A stretch of DNA of 53,059 nucleotides, filler included, from Cladosporium halotolerans (Eukaryota), in assembly GCF_011745625.1 (NCBI RefSeq). It is 2 parts of 2 records of this genome, joined end to end, with 100 filler letters (N's around TTAATTAATTAA, not from the genome) between each part and the next. Parts side by side here need not be neighbours in the genome. Positions count along the whole stretch, not along the records: positions 1 to 26,613 come from NW_027191535.1; positions 26,714 to 53,059 come from NW_027191536.1. The stretch is one strand, 5' to 3'. Each line of letters opens with the position of its first letter. Positions within the stretch are counted from its first letter, which is position 1. Below, piece after piece: positions 22,208-34,400 of the stretch. The position numbers were made by a program, and so were the translations under genes. The notes under the pieces were generated by a model, which worked only from the letters and a program-made list of their open reading frames with translations, searched no databases and was not told where the DNA came from.

Positions 22208-25000
22208 TCAAGTGTAGCTCCTCATAGCATCCAGATACCCCAATCCGCCCTTCAAGTCCCTCTCAAAATCCTCCTGCACATCCATGACCTTCTTGACATG
22301 CTCCATCCCAAGAACATCCCCATCTCTCAACGCCAAAGCCTGCGCCGTGCGGACAATGTTCTTGATCTGACGGCCATTGAGTTGATGTCTCGACAGCGCA
22401 TCGAGCTGCTCGTCGCTGAAGTCAGCCACCGCACACCCCGCTTGCGCCCGGCACATGTTAAGAAACATAGCCCAAACGGAGCGCTTAGCCTTCATCGCCA
22501 ACTCGCCGTAGCGCAGCGCGACATGGATGCGGGATTGAAAAGCGTCGTCGAACGTCTCGACGCGGTTGGTGGTCAGGAACAAGATTCCCTGGAAGTACTC
22601 GAGCAGGCGTAAGAAAATGGAGACGAGAGCGTTTCGGTGTATATCATGGACCTCACGCTTCTCGAGGAAGACATCCGCTTCGTCGAGAAGCAGGACGGCG
22701 CCCCAGGAATGCGCGATGTCCAAAATCTTCTGTAATTCAAGCTCGAGCTTTGCCGGGTCAGTGCCGAGCTCGCCAGCTGAGACCATGTATAGAGGGCAGT
22801 GCAGGAGCTCGGAGATGCCCTCGGCGGTGAGAGTTTTGCCTGTGCCAGGAGGGCCATGGAGGACGGCGCCGAGGCCCTTCCCTTTGCCTTGGACGACGTC
22901 GTCGATGGTTTTCGCGGCGTGGAATTTGTGAGACTCGACAAGCGCGCGGACGATGGATTTCTGGTTCGGCGGCAGAACGAGGGAGTCGAAGGCAGCGTTG
23001 TTGTATTCGATGTCACGGATACCAGAGACGGTGAACTCAAGCCACAACTTTTCGTTGAATGCAAAGCCGTAGACCACTGGCGAGGTAAGGAGAAGCTCTT
23101 CCTCGGTGAACTTGCGGCCTACTAGAGAGGCAGGCTCGAGCTCCTCTCCTACGACCGTGTTGGAACGGATGATCTGACCATCTTCGTCCACCTCCACAGA
23201 CTCCGCGCGTACCTCGCCATTCGGCAGCTCAGCAAAATAGGTCTTGGTGCGAGTGGTGTTGCCATCTTGGTCTCGACGATCCAGTGTCTCGCATCCATTC
23301 GCGACTCCACCACCGTTCTCGGAGCCATCGGCGCAGCATGAGCATTCGTCTTCAGAAGAGTAGTTGCTGATGACATCTTCGTCCTCGTGAGGCTTGATAT
23401 AAGAGATCGGGTAGTTGGGGTTGATCCTCCGGAATGTTGCAGGGTCAATCATGACACGGCCGTTGATAGACACTTTGAGTACTTGCTTTTTCTTCTTGTG
23501 GAACGCAAGGCCCTTGTGGAACCGGTAGTTCATACCGCCCAGCTCAAGAAAATGCCTTCCACGCTCAATAATCTGCTTCTTCACAACTGTAGGATCCTTG
23601 TGATACTGCAAGGGGTAGCATGCAAGGCTGGTGATCTTGCGCGGGCCTTTGAATGCCTCAACATCGGCTTCAAAGTTTCCAAGGCCGAAGTTCTTCCCGT
23701 CAAACTCCATGTACTTGCCCTCGATGGTATACCACTCGCCGCGCATCATGGTGCAATTCTTGTGAGCGTAGTCAATCTTGAAGCATCTCGGCTCGTCCCA
23801 AGCGCCGTAGCATGATGTGATAGCAATGTCGTTGGGGCGGTAAAGGGCCCACAACAGCTCGAACGTGATGTTGCCTGCCGCGAGGAGAGGATACAATGTC
23901 TTCTTCGTGTCGGCATAATCTTCGTCGATATACTTCACAAGAGTCTTGCACAAGGACCGCTGTTTCTCGAGCTTCTTGACAACTTTGCGCTTCTTTTCCG
24001 CTCGGATGGCTGCCTTCAGAGTCTTTTGGTAGTGGGTCCGCAAAGGCTCCAGATATAGGAAGAGAGTGTTGGGATCTATGACCGGCTCTTCGGTCTCGAG
24101 GCTGACGCTCTTGCAGTCTTTCATTACTTCGGCCAAAACAGAGCGGAGTTGCTTGGATTTGATGTCGACTTTGGTGTTCAAGTATTTGTTCTCCCAGTCA
24201 AAGCACCTGCGGACGAGGAAAGCATACTCTGAAAACTCGCTGTCATCGTCCTCAGCGCTCTCCTTCACCTTCCAGTTGTGGATACTAGCGTCCCAGAGAT
24301 GATCAACACGCTTCCAACTCGAGCCGTCCTCCTTGATTTTTCTGGATGATGATTTGCGCTTGCGCTTCGAAGACTTGGTCTTGCTGCGCTTCTTGGACGT
24401 TGAAGCTGATGTAAGTGTCAGAATCTGCAATTTGAGCGCTTCAAGTTGGGTCTGGAGGTCCGTCAAAGCATTTTCGCGGCTATCATCCGCTGTCTCTTCT
24501 TCCTCGGAGTCAGTCTCCACGACCCTCTTTGCCTTCTTAGATTTCTTGCGCTTGGAAACTTCCTCCTCAGAAGAGGTCTCGGCCGATTCCTCGGAGTCGG
24601 AGGTTGCGTCGTCAGAACTCGACTCTACTTGGCGGTGCTTGCGAGTTTTCTTTCCCTTAGCTTTCTTAGCAGCTTTCTGCTTCCTGCTGCGCCGTTTCCG
24701 CTTCAGCCTCTCTTCTTCTGAGGAGCCATCATCCTCGGAGTAGCTGGTCTGGGATCCCTCACTGGTTTGCGTGGATTCATCGCTGGATGAGTCGTAGGTG
24801 GCTGGTCTGCTGCGTCGTGTGCGATGTTTCTTCGAGCGTTTGCCATGCTCAACCCGGTGGTCGCGTCTAGTCGTCCTGGATTGGCCTGCAGGTTTGACCT
24901 CATCCTCAGCCGGGACAACGGATTCGTTTGACACGGCGGGCTCTTGTAGCTCTTCGCGATCGAGAGCCGGAGCACCCTGGGCTATGCTGTCTTCCTCCAT
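22208..25000 (-). CDS. Fungal AAA+ ATPase with long Lys/Ser/Glu-rich N-terminus (start uncertain; the frame is open to 25282)
   Basis: Walker A HGPPGTGKTLTAE, Walker B LLLDEAD, FLTTNR, and arginine finger DDAFQSRI. Confidence 0.9.
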   Translation of the reverse strand: MEEDSIAQGAPALDREELQEPAVSNESVVPAEDEVKPAGQSRTTRRDHRVEHGKRSKKHRTRRSRPATYDSSSDESTQTSEGSQTSYSEDDGSSEEERLKRKRRSRKQKAAKKAKGKKTRKHRQVESSSDDATSDSEESAETSSEEEVSKRKKSKKAKRVVETDSEEEETADDSRENALTDLQTQLEALKLQILTLTSASTSKKRSKTKSSKRKRKSSSRKIKEDGSSWKRVDHLWDASIHNWKVKESAEDDDSEFSEYAFLVRRCFDWENKYLNTKVDIKSKQLRSVLAEVMKDCKSVSLETEEPVIDPNTLFLYLEPLRTHYQKTLKAAIRAEKKRKVVKKLEKQRSLCKTLVKYIDEDYADTKKTLYPLLAAGNITFELLWALYRPNDIAITSCYGAWDEPRCFKIDYAHKNCTMMRGEWYTIEGKYMEFDGKNFGLGNFEADVEAFKGPRKITSLACYPLQYHKDPTVVKKQIIERGRHFLELGGMNYRFHKGLAFHKKKKQVLKVSINGRVMIDPATFRRINPNYPISYIKPHEDEDVISNYSSEDECSCCADGSENGGGVANGCETLDRRDQDGNTTRTKTYFAELPNGEVRAESVEVDEDGQIIRSNTVVGEELEPASLVGRKFTEEELLLTSPVVYGFAFNEKLWLEFTVSGIRDIEYNNAAFDSLVLPPNQKSIVRALVESHKFHAAKTIDDVVQGKGKGLGAVLHGPPGTGKTLTAEGISELLHCPLYMVSAGELGTDPAKLELELQKILDIAHSWGAVLLLDEADVFLEKREVHDIHRNALVSIFLRLLEYFQGILFLTTNRVETFDDAFQSRIHVALRYGELAMKAKRSVWAMFLNMCRAQAGCAVADFSDEQLDALSRHQLNGRQIKNIVRTAQALALRDGDVLGMEHVKKVMDVQEDFERDLKGGLGYLDAMRSYT

Positions 25001-26105
25001 TGTGTCTGCTGTTCGTGATATCGTGTGGGCTGCTACTGCGAAGGTGGGCAATTGTGGAAAAGATGGGGCCGGAACTGAAGATATAGTGGCAGATGTCTGA
25101 CCTTGCGTGGGTGACGTGGCAGACGCAGAGCCCTCCTTCATTGATGCAGCCGAGCAGGTGAGAAGGCGCACTGCAGTAGTGAAGACCTTCGATTGCCGTA
25201 AGCGCGGAGAAATCGGCCAAAGCTGTTCACCAGATTGCGTCAGCAGTGTAGTCACACACGAGAGTGAAGTGAGCCAGGGCACGTAGTCTTATACGTGACT
25301 GACTTCGAGCACAAGCATTGAGCGGGTGCTGCCTGGGTCGGTCCCATCACCCATCCGGGCGGAGACACCGATGCGAGGCGGCGTTGGCAGAGGCAGCTGA
25401 TGCGTGGTGCGCATGTACATGCGCATGCACATGCACTCATAGAGGTCTTCAGCGCGGGATACGCCTGGTCAGGATTCGCCCCGCTCATGCGTCGCGGCGC
25501 CACCGCAGCACAGATGTGGCATGGCGTGCCTGCGGTGACGATGACCCATACAAGGCCACCAGGCAGCCACCTCACCGGACACCATGCTTAGCCAGTGAGG
25601 ATGGGTCAATCATGGAAGGTTTTGTGGAGTGTGATAATGGTTGTGGGTGATGGAGACTCGAGGGGTGAAGTCAGCTTGGAACCACGCTCAGCTCGTCTCC
25701 GCAGCCAACAGCGAGCCGCGAATCCCAGCGGGGCAGCGACCGACCAGGCGATCGTCCATGGTCTCTCTCTTTGGGTCCATGGACTCGACTACTCACGTTT
25801 CGCCTCTCCGGATGTATTGTCTCTCAAAGGAATCTGCATTGGAGAGGTCACACCTTCAGCCAGTGTTAAAAGTCTCGGGCTCACCCTTCACACCTGTTTT
25901 TGCGCAGCAGACGTGGTGGCGAATAAGATGCTGTTCGAGCAACATCCCAGGTCAGATGATCGCTGGGTCGACTAACACAATATGACATGTGAATCGAACA
26001 AAGAGCAACAAATACGGATCAATAGGTCGTTACGGGTCATGATAGAAGGTTGCCGTTTCTGCCTGCCATTCCGTGGCGCTGGACTTGAACTCGATGACTG
26101 ACTAC

Positions 26106-26520
26106 TTACGATTTCAAGTCGCGCGAGACGCCCGGACTGTCCGCCCCAACCACAACGTGCATCACGCCTCCGTTTGGTGGGGATGGCGGTGCGGAGCTCA
26201 CGTTCCGCCACTTGTGGTCGCCATCGCGTCCATCCTCAGGTGGTACGTCCGACTTCCTCTTAGCCTCGCGGCGACGTCGGCGAAGATCATCGAGGTACCT
26301 AAAGACCGCAAGTGCAATACCGAGCGCAAGGACAGCACAAGCGACGCTGAAGGCGCGGCGGTACAGAGGCCTATCGTCGCGGCGGAAGATCTGAGCGCCG
26401 TAGATGCCGGCGATGTTGGCGCCCATGATGACCCTACATTGATGTCAGAGGGTTGTTCTTCAAATCCTTCAGACAGGACCAAGTTTAGCTTACAAGGCCA
26501 TCGCAAGGGCTCTCTCCTCG
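26106..26520 (-). pseudogene. 3' fragment of an allantoate-permease-type (Dal5-like) MFS transporter, 5'-truncated
   Basis: EERALAMAL, intron 26493-26434 (GTAAGC...CTGAC...TAG), then VIMGANIAGIYGAQIFRRDDRPLYRRAF. Homology stops at the repeat at ~26520. Confidence 0.75.
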
Positions 26521-26600
26521 CCAAAAGGCAACGGAGGAGAACACTGATCTCCTCGCCAAAAGGCAACGGAGGAGAACACTGATCTCCTACTAACCCTAAG
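26513..26600. repeat. 35-bp hairpin-forming tandem repeat (2.2 copies) followed by CTAACCCTAAG
   Basis: TCTCCTCGCCAAAAGGCAACGGAGGAGAACACTGA at 26513 and 26548, with a partial copy at 26583. Confidence 0.9.
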
Positions 26601-26613
26601 GCGGCGCTAACCG

Positions 26614-26713
26614 NNNNNNNNNNNNNNNNNNNNNNNNNNNNNNNNNNNNNNNNNNNNTTAATTAATTAANNNNNNNNNNNNNNNNNNNNNNNNNNNNNNN
26701 NNNNNNNNNNNNN
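26614..26713. other. Scaffold gap with artificial six-frame-stop linker
   Basis: 44 N + TTAATTAATTAA (26658-26669) + 44 N = exactly 100 nt. Confidence 0.95.
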
Positions 26714-27053
26714 ACTCCCTGGTCTTCGGGAACAGTCTCCAGAAGTCCCTTCGCACGCCAGCGTCGGTTGCGTTGAAAGATATGACAAACGACTGGGTGA
26801 CATTTTCCGGTATGCTTGATATGATTTGTGACATGCGGTGAGTGAGTCTCTGGTCTGCTCGGTGTTCCGTTTCTTGAAAGGCGCATGGGGGAGACCAAAA
26901 CAGTTTCTAAATTAGGACAGATTGCACAAGCGGTCGGTATGCATAATTCGCCTGGTATGCGTAATACGCGGGAGTTGGTGCCGTGACGTCGACGAAACTC
27001 GGGAAAAGGATCCATGTTGAGTACTACATCACCGAGAAGGACATTTTGTTGTC

Positions 27054-27458
27054 TCAGAATTTTCTGTATGTTTTTCTCGCGAACTTCATCGCAGTGGTAT
27101 CGATGATCTGTTGGATCTGTCGGTCGCGGACGGCTAGTGTCCCGTGCTTAGGCAAGTGGACGGGGGACATCAGCTTTATCCGCACACTGGTCCCGTCCGG
27201 GAATTTGGAACAAAGACTGCCTTCGTAACTAATTCCTAAGGTCAATTGGGTAGGCGCAATATACCAGAGAGAGGGGTCCGGATTGAGGGCTTCCAGTAGC
27301 ACGTTTATGCAATCGTCGTTAACCAGTCCTCCGTTGACGAGCCCTTCTAGCATCATCTGCATCGCTTCAACATCCAGAAACACTAGCTCAGGTGTCAATG
27401 AGTAGATGTGCGAAACAGCATTCGGGGCGGGTCGCTGCTTGTCCCGCTGATCCTGCAT
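27054..27458 (-). pseudogene. Degenerate Ulp1/C48 peptidase-like fragment
   Basis: LVNDDCINVLLEAL resembles the WLND.VIN box and SPVHLPKHGTLAV resembles P.H...HW.L.V. No catalytic Cys region is seen. Confidence 0.4.
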
Positions 27459-28812
27459 ATCGTGTTTTGAAGCGCGTGGGGCTCTCGCTGTGCATGCTTC
27501 TCTCCTGTTCCGTGCTGTCCGTCTTCTTCATAATGCGCATCACCTTGTGGCTCCTCCCGCTCTAGTTGTTTGCCATGCTCTTGCCGCTCGTGCTGGCTTT
27601 GATGCTCATGCCACTCAGCCTCCTTTTAGTGCTTGTGGCGGTCCTCCCATACCTCCCAGGGCCTGCCTTTTCGCTTGAGAGGGCTCGAGCTTCGCGGCCC
27701 GATGCTTCTGCTTCAAACCATCGTATCCCCAGCGAGTATATGTGGTGGCGAGGGCAGATGTTGCAACAAGGCGGAAGTCGGCGCGTTAGTTCGGATCGGA
27801 GGAAGCACGTGGTCGAATCTTCGGACACTTTCGGATCTCGCAGGACAACACTCCTGCCCATACATTCCACTACGAGGTTCCATTTTGGGTGCAAATGACA
27901 AGACGTCAGATGAATTTCTGGCCGACGGAAAATTGCGCTATCGTGAGAGCTTCCAGGAAGCGGACTTCCGTCTGTCTTGGCCGCACCAAGGCACTGAGTA
28001 TGGCCACAGACGACCCTGCAGTATAAACACCAACACTCCAGCCATGTTGATCATAGCGGAAAATATGCGCAGCAGCATCGATCTGCCTCGTTGCCGCGGT
28101 AAGCTTGTGTTTTTTTGGCGGATGTTGTGATATCAAGCCTACGCAATGACTTTCAAGCCTCAAGGCTTGAAAGCGGGGAAATGTTGGCGTTTCATGAGAT
28201 TCCGGGTTTCGCGTCAGGCTTGGGCAGCCAGCGAAGCCTCGGTTCGGGCCGCTTACAGCCGTTCAAGCTCACTGACTCATGGAGATCGACTGGTGCGACT
28301 TGAGATTCTCGTGAGCGGTGACATGGTCTGCGGGGTTTTGTGCGCGGTTGTATCGTGAAGCAATACTTCTTCGCCACCGGCGGGCTCACAACGCACCGTA
28401 TGGATGTTGGCCTTGTCAACGCTAACGACTGATCGAAACTCTTCAGTCCTCTAAAGCTCTGTTTGGAACACACAGAAAGATCAAGGAGCGGTTTACCAGA
28501 CCATTTTCGAACGTGAAGGAGCTTTTGACCACCGCGATAGGCTGCTGCGCTCGAACTGAAGCAATCTCTCCCAGAAGTGCAAATGTTGCCGAATTGTTGG
28601 ATAGGACTGACCCTTGTCGAAGTAACCAAGGAAGACGCATTTGGAGTGCGTAGTGACTTGGTGTCCAAAACCATGGTCTCCTCCGATCTGGTTTGCTTTG
28701 GCACCACAGAAGACCACCAAACGGTATGGAAGCAAACCAACCTAGCACTATGATCGTCCTCTTTCAAGCAAACCCCTCAGCGTCAGACCTTTCATCCAGT
28801 CAACGCCATTCG

Positions 28813-31010
28813 TCAATAACGAGGCTCCATTATTGTCGGAGCGGAGAATTGTTTAGTCTCAAAGTTATAATCCATGAAACGAGATGTCGAAGCAACGGTG
28901 ATGCCAGGATACAGTAGTCTCACTGCTCGGGATCGCTCCTCATTGTCTGTCGCCGGAGACATCGGCAGGCACCCTACGTCTTCATCTGCGTGAATGGACA
29001 CATCACGAGCGAAGTACCATTGCGTCCACACCAGTCCTCGCATCATGCGATCTTCTGGTAGCGGAGGCATCTGGTCAGGAAATCCGTTGCCCTGTGCGAA
29101 AGAAGCAATGCCAGACGGAAGAGGGTACATCTGCTCAACGCGGTTGAGCAGAGCAATCAGTGCTTTCCAGTCTAATTTGTCAAAGCAAAGAAGTTTCTCA
29201 ATCATGCTGCAAACACTGTCGTCACTAAGCCTGTTACGCAGCTGTGAGATGCTTCCCATAAAGACAAGCACAATGTGCACGTAAGGGAGCAGGAAGCGAA
29301 GCGTATCTACACGGGATGCGCATCTTGTGATTTTGTCGAAGCAGCTGGCCCAGAAATTTGATACGCACAAGTATGGTGGTGGGCTCATTTTGCCAGTCGT
29401 AGCCGCGAAGTTCAATCCGTGGACGCTTTGCCCAGCAATAGTGTAGTTACGCCGTAAAACTGACCCATCCGGTCCTGGAAGAAGCGCAAAATCAAGGATT
29501 CGGAGCAAAAAGCTGTCTGGGGATCCGAAATCAAATAGAGCTGTGATATTTAGCATTGCTAGCGAGACGCCATAGACGCCGACTTTGCTGTCCAAGTGTT
29601 CGTCTAATGCTGCGAGAGCTGCGTTGCTGGCTCGCAGTATGGCTTCAGAACCCTTGGAAGCATGGATATTTGCATAAAGACAAATCATGCGATCTTCAAT
29701 CTGCTGCATTCTGTGGTAAACCGTTCGCCCATCGGAGAGGAAAGGTGAGAAAAGTCTCCGTAAAGAGTCTTCCAAGTTTGAACAACGTCTAGAAGACATC
29801 AGTGGCTGGCTGTACAAAGACAGTTGTCTCAGTGACGGAATCGATGACGACTGACGATAAGACCGTGTTTTGGCGTCGCATCGACGCCAATAGGCTGCGA
29901 CGGTTATCCATTTGTGCGCCACGCTAGCCCAAATGTTGCGCAGTTCTTGATTATCTTCGATTCCCATGCGGAAGCGGCTGAGATTGCCGAGGTACAGGTA
30001 CCAAGTGTCGACCAGCCCCGTCACAGTTTCCATAAGTGACGCCAGCAGCGCATAAGAGAAGTATATGAAGGACAGTAGGCGATCGCGCGGAGCTGACGTT
30101 CGATGCAACAGTAAATCCAGAATGGGTTGAATGCCATGATTCCACATGCGTCTTGGCAGAAGACACCCGATTTAGCATCGAAGTCTGCTGAAATGGTGGG
30201 TAGATATTGAGCTTGCACAAGAAAGTCGTGATGCCAGTAGAGTAGATTCACATGCAGGGAGGTCATGTGCTGGAGTTGCTTCTCGGTGAGTGAATCTTGC
30301 GGCAAAGAAGACGTTTGCGCGATAGAAGTTTTGCATGCCTTTTCCGCCTCAACAAGATTGGCGTATATGACTCCAGCCTGGGCCTGTACAGCTTGTTGCT
30401 CGTTCCAGTGGAAAGGAGATCTTGTCTGGATTGTGGCATTTTCATCCCCTGCATCATCTTGTATCCGCGACTGTTGTTCTCCTCTGAGGTCTCGAATTCC
30501 TATGTGCCGCTCGGGAGTGTCTATGAGTGCAAGACCATTTGGAGTGACATCGTTACTCGATGGCGGAGCGAAACAAGATCCAGTCGTCGTGTCTTCTCGC
30601 CTGTACGGGTGACGACGTGATCTGACGGGTGGTTTCCTTGATCCTCTTGTGCTTCGGAGCGGCATACTCGACAGAGATGGGGCTTTGGAATGATTCATGA
30701 CGGACGGCGTGTTGATCACCCATTGAAGATCGACAATCCTGGTGGCTTCCGAGCAACTCGCGGCGTCGCATTCATCGGCCGGCGTTTCGGCTTGTCCGGA
30801 CTCAGATCGTTGTGTCATGATATTATCGTCGAATCCGTATTGGTTGAGGAGGGAACACTTCAATGGTAAGTTCAAATATCGCGAATAGGCACATCTAGTG
30901 TATGCATGGTATGAGCATTCGTCGTCGGGGGATCTGCCAGGGAAGCAGCAAAAGTGACCGTAGGTATCTTCGCGCAATAAGATAAGACTGTCAAGAACAC
31001 GCCAACGCAT
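28813..31010 (-). pseudogene. Est1/SMG6-type DNA/RNA-binding (TPR-like) domain gene, frameshifted near 30160
   Basis: VIYANLVEAEKAC...LHVNLLYWHHDFL in frame 1 continues as LPRRMWNHGIQPILDLL...FIYFSYALLASLMETV...DTWYLYLGNLSRFRMGIE...PLPEDRMMRGLVW in frame 2. This is the block order of fungal Est1-type proteins. Confidence 0.7.
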
Positions 31011-31029
31011 GTCGCCGGCTGATGGCCGG

Positions 31030-31487
31030 GCCTTTTATTAATTCTTTACTACTAATTTTTTTACTTTAAATATATATATATCTCTTTATTTATTCCTATT
31101 ACCCTATCTTTATTTACCTTTGTAATTCTTACTTAATATTTTTAAATTCACTATTATTCTTTATTTCATTATTTTATTCCTTATCCTTCTTTTACTATAA
31201 TTATTTTCTTAATCTTTTTAATATCTCCCTAATGTACTCTACTTCTACATTTAATTCTATTCTATTTCTCCTACCTTTCTTATTATAAAATATTCTATTT
31301 TAATACCTTTTCCCACTTCTCTTATTTTCTTTTATTTTAAAAAAAATAAAATTATTTCCTCGTTCTATCTTACTTTTTATATCTTATCTTATATATTTTA
31401 TAATTCTAATTCCAATTCTAATTTCTATTTCTTCCTATTTTATTTTCCATTTTATCTTTAATTTCATCTTCTATTTCACTTTCAAGA
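31030..31487. repeat. Extremely AT-rich, pyrimidine-skewed, probably RIP-erased repeat relic
   Basis: Almost no G on the + strand. Sharp boundaries, with GGTTAGGG at 31488. Confidence 0.7.
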
Positions 31488-34400
31488 GGTTAGGGCTCAA
31501 TTTCGCACTTCTCAAAGCAAAAGAATAAAATGAGGATCCTTATACCAATCGTAGAGCTAGCCCTGCTACTCGCACTGCTTGTATCGCGCTTCCTCCTCCA
31601 AATCTGCTCTCCTCTCCTAGCCAGTCAAAGTAATCCTCCATGTTCTTGAACTTCCGCTCGAACTGCTCGGAAAGCCACCCTAGCCCTTCAACGCTCTCGA
31701 AAACTCCGAAGCAGAGCGGGAGTACAATGTCTCTGTATTCGCAACCTCTACCACCCCTGCTTCCCAGCTCCGCTTGTTGACAGATCGATTGCGGATTCAG
31801 ACACCAGAAGCAGCTTGAGTACGCCTGCAGCCATTTCCGCCCTCGTTCTTCGTGCCGCCGCCTGGCTTTGTTCCTTTCTTCAAAAACGTCGAAACGCCGT
31901 GGGCAAGTCGAGAAATCATGGTTCCAGTCCTGTCTGGCTGTCCTGCAGAGCAAGCACGTTCCATTCACACTCGCTAGGTCCAGACGATACTGCGCTAGTT
32001 CTGTATGGGCCCGGAGCTTTTCTTGCTGGATGAGCTGGAGCCCTGTGTGTGTGTTTTCCTGCTCGACCTTCTCCACGGTTTCGATCATGTCCTGATGGGC
32101 CACCCTGCAAATGTCGCAAGGCACATCTTCGGGCATGCACCATCTTCGATGGCGAGCGACGTCCAAGTAGTCACTCAGGGACGTCCGGTAGCATTGTTTG
32201 CCCAGTAGGTATCGATGCGCTGCTTCCTTGTCGTGACGCTTCCGAAGTGTCGGGTCATCTCTGTAGTTGTTCGTCCCGCGCGGCTCGTCCAACGGAACAT
32301 CTGAGACCTGAGGCTGCCAGGTTGCGGGAAGTAATACCATCGAATATGCACGTTTCCCGTCCCGTCCCGCCCGACCAGACTCTTGGGCAAAGATGACCAA
32401 CGACTCCGGCTCGTCTACGTTCATTACGAGTCGTACGTGCGGATAGTCGAACCCTTCGGCTAGAGCAGTGGTCGCCACGATGTAGGGCGTCTCGGGAGCT
32501 TGTATCCAGCGATCGAGTATCTGCTTCTTCTCCTCTGGCGTCCCACTCTCGGCAGTATACGAGCTGCAACCGAGTAACTCTGCCAAATCGTCCGCATCCT
32601 TGCACGTCCGAACGTAAAGGATGACTTTGTCGCGAGAGTGATCGAATAAGCCAGACTTCGTCCAAGCGTCTTCGACCTCGGCAACAGCCTGTTCGAGTAG
32701 GCTTCCTTTGTGAGCATCAGCCTTACGCACCATGTAGAGAATGTTCGGTCGATTGCTCGACGCTCTGATTACCGTGGGGTGATGCAGATAATTCCTCTCC
32801 TCGAACTCTGCCCGCATAGATGGCGGAAGAGTGGCTGTGAGGTAGACAAATTGAGTTCTTAGGCTCCGGATTGCTGTGAGCTCGACGATGCTAGGTCGGT
32901 ACTCGGCCGCAATTACGGTTAGGTGGCACTCGTCGACCACGATCCGATCGAGCTTCTGCTCTGCTATAAGCCTCCGAGTATATTTGATAAAATCCTTGGA
33001 CGAGGCGGCTTCGGCGCTGACCAGAACCAAGGCGGCTTCTCGAGTCTCGCCTAGATGCCACTCTAGATGGTCGATGCTCAACTCTTTTATACGCCGAAGC
33101 ATATCTCCGTGGAGTGAGACGAGCGGTACGATGAGTATCGTTATCCTAGCGTTAGCTAGGGTACACGGGAGCATGAAAAGCAAGCTCTTCCTAGCTCCCG
33201 TGGGTAGGATGACGACGACCTGCTCATTCCACGACATGATTGCAGTGAGAGCTTGCGCCTGCTCGGTCGATTTCCAGCCTGCGTCCTTATTGCCATATAG
33301 TTTCTTTACGCCTCCCAGGAGAGCTTCTGTGGACTAAGGCTTGCGAGGACGATAGATGCCCTTGGCGACCCGTTTCGCTAAGCGAGACTCTTGCCCGACT
33401 CTCCCACGTTTCTTCCTCTTGGGGATCGTCTCCACGCCCCAAAAGTCCTGCTATAGAGTGGAAGCCTGCAGGCCCATCCGCACCTTTCCATCCTAGAGGT
33501 TGCTGAATACTACTCCGGCTTGGTTAGCATACGCGCGGTTCACCGTCCGCGTCTTGTGGTTGCGCTAGTCGGTTATGATTCGGATGATTGGAGCGGTCTC
33601 TTCCCCGTCTTCGTCGCCTTCGTCTGGATAGAAATACTCGATGTGGCCGGCGAACTTCGTTTTGACGATGGCGACCGAAATCTGCCTCTAGTTTGCGACG
33701 TGAAGTCGTGGCACGCACGCCCGAACGCTTGCCTCTTCTAAGTAGCGACTCAGACGACCCTCGGGCCACACTTTTCCATCCTTTTCCTAGAGATAGGGAG
33801 AGAGTAAGGACCCAGGCGAAGTCTGCCGCAGGAATCTCTCTCGTAGCGGCAGAACGTAGACCATGTAGTCGAGCATTAGTTCCGCGATCGGATTGGCGAG
33901 AAACCGCACGTTCTCTTTGTACGTTCCGCTTTGCTGCTAGCCTTTGTAGTATTGGACGTGAACCATCACACGGTCGAATCGAACGATGATAGACCGCCGT
34001 CGCTGCGTGTTGCGGTATGTCATCGAGAAGAACTCACTCTCTCGCACGGGTTGTCCGCCGCTAATGTGTATCAAGACACTGAGCCGCTTTAAAAACTCTT
34101 GCACGGTGGCCTCGTAACTGGCCGTTGCGCTCTCCCTCCACGCCTATCCGCCGGGCGACTAATCGCTCTCGACGATGAAAATCCGACACAGTTGTTCCGA
34201 TCGTTTAATTGCTTTCGTCAAAGCGGTTTCTGTGCCACTAAGAACCGTCGCGTTGTCTCTGTGCTAGGTGAAGTTCCAACGGACGGTGTCGACGTTGACG
34301 CCATCTTTGAGGAGACGAGGGCTCATTCGACGGAGGCTTTGGAGACCGAGCATCAGATCATCGTAAAGGAGCTGATAACACTCCTGATACTCGGATGTAA

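Noticed and set aside
26513..26588. CRISPR-like hairpin repeat
   Set aside because: No spacers, only two copies, and a eukaryotic context.
26658..26669. TTAATTAATTAA palindrome
   Set aside because: It is an artificial six-frame-stop linker centred in a 100-nt gap, so adjacency of the two halves is unproven.
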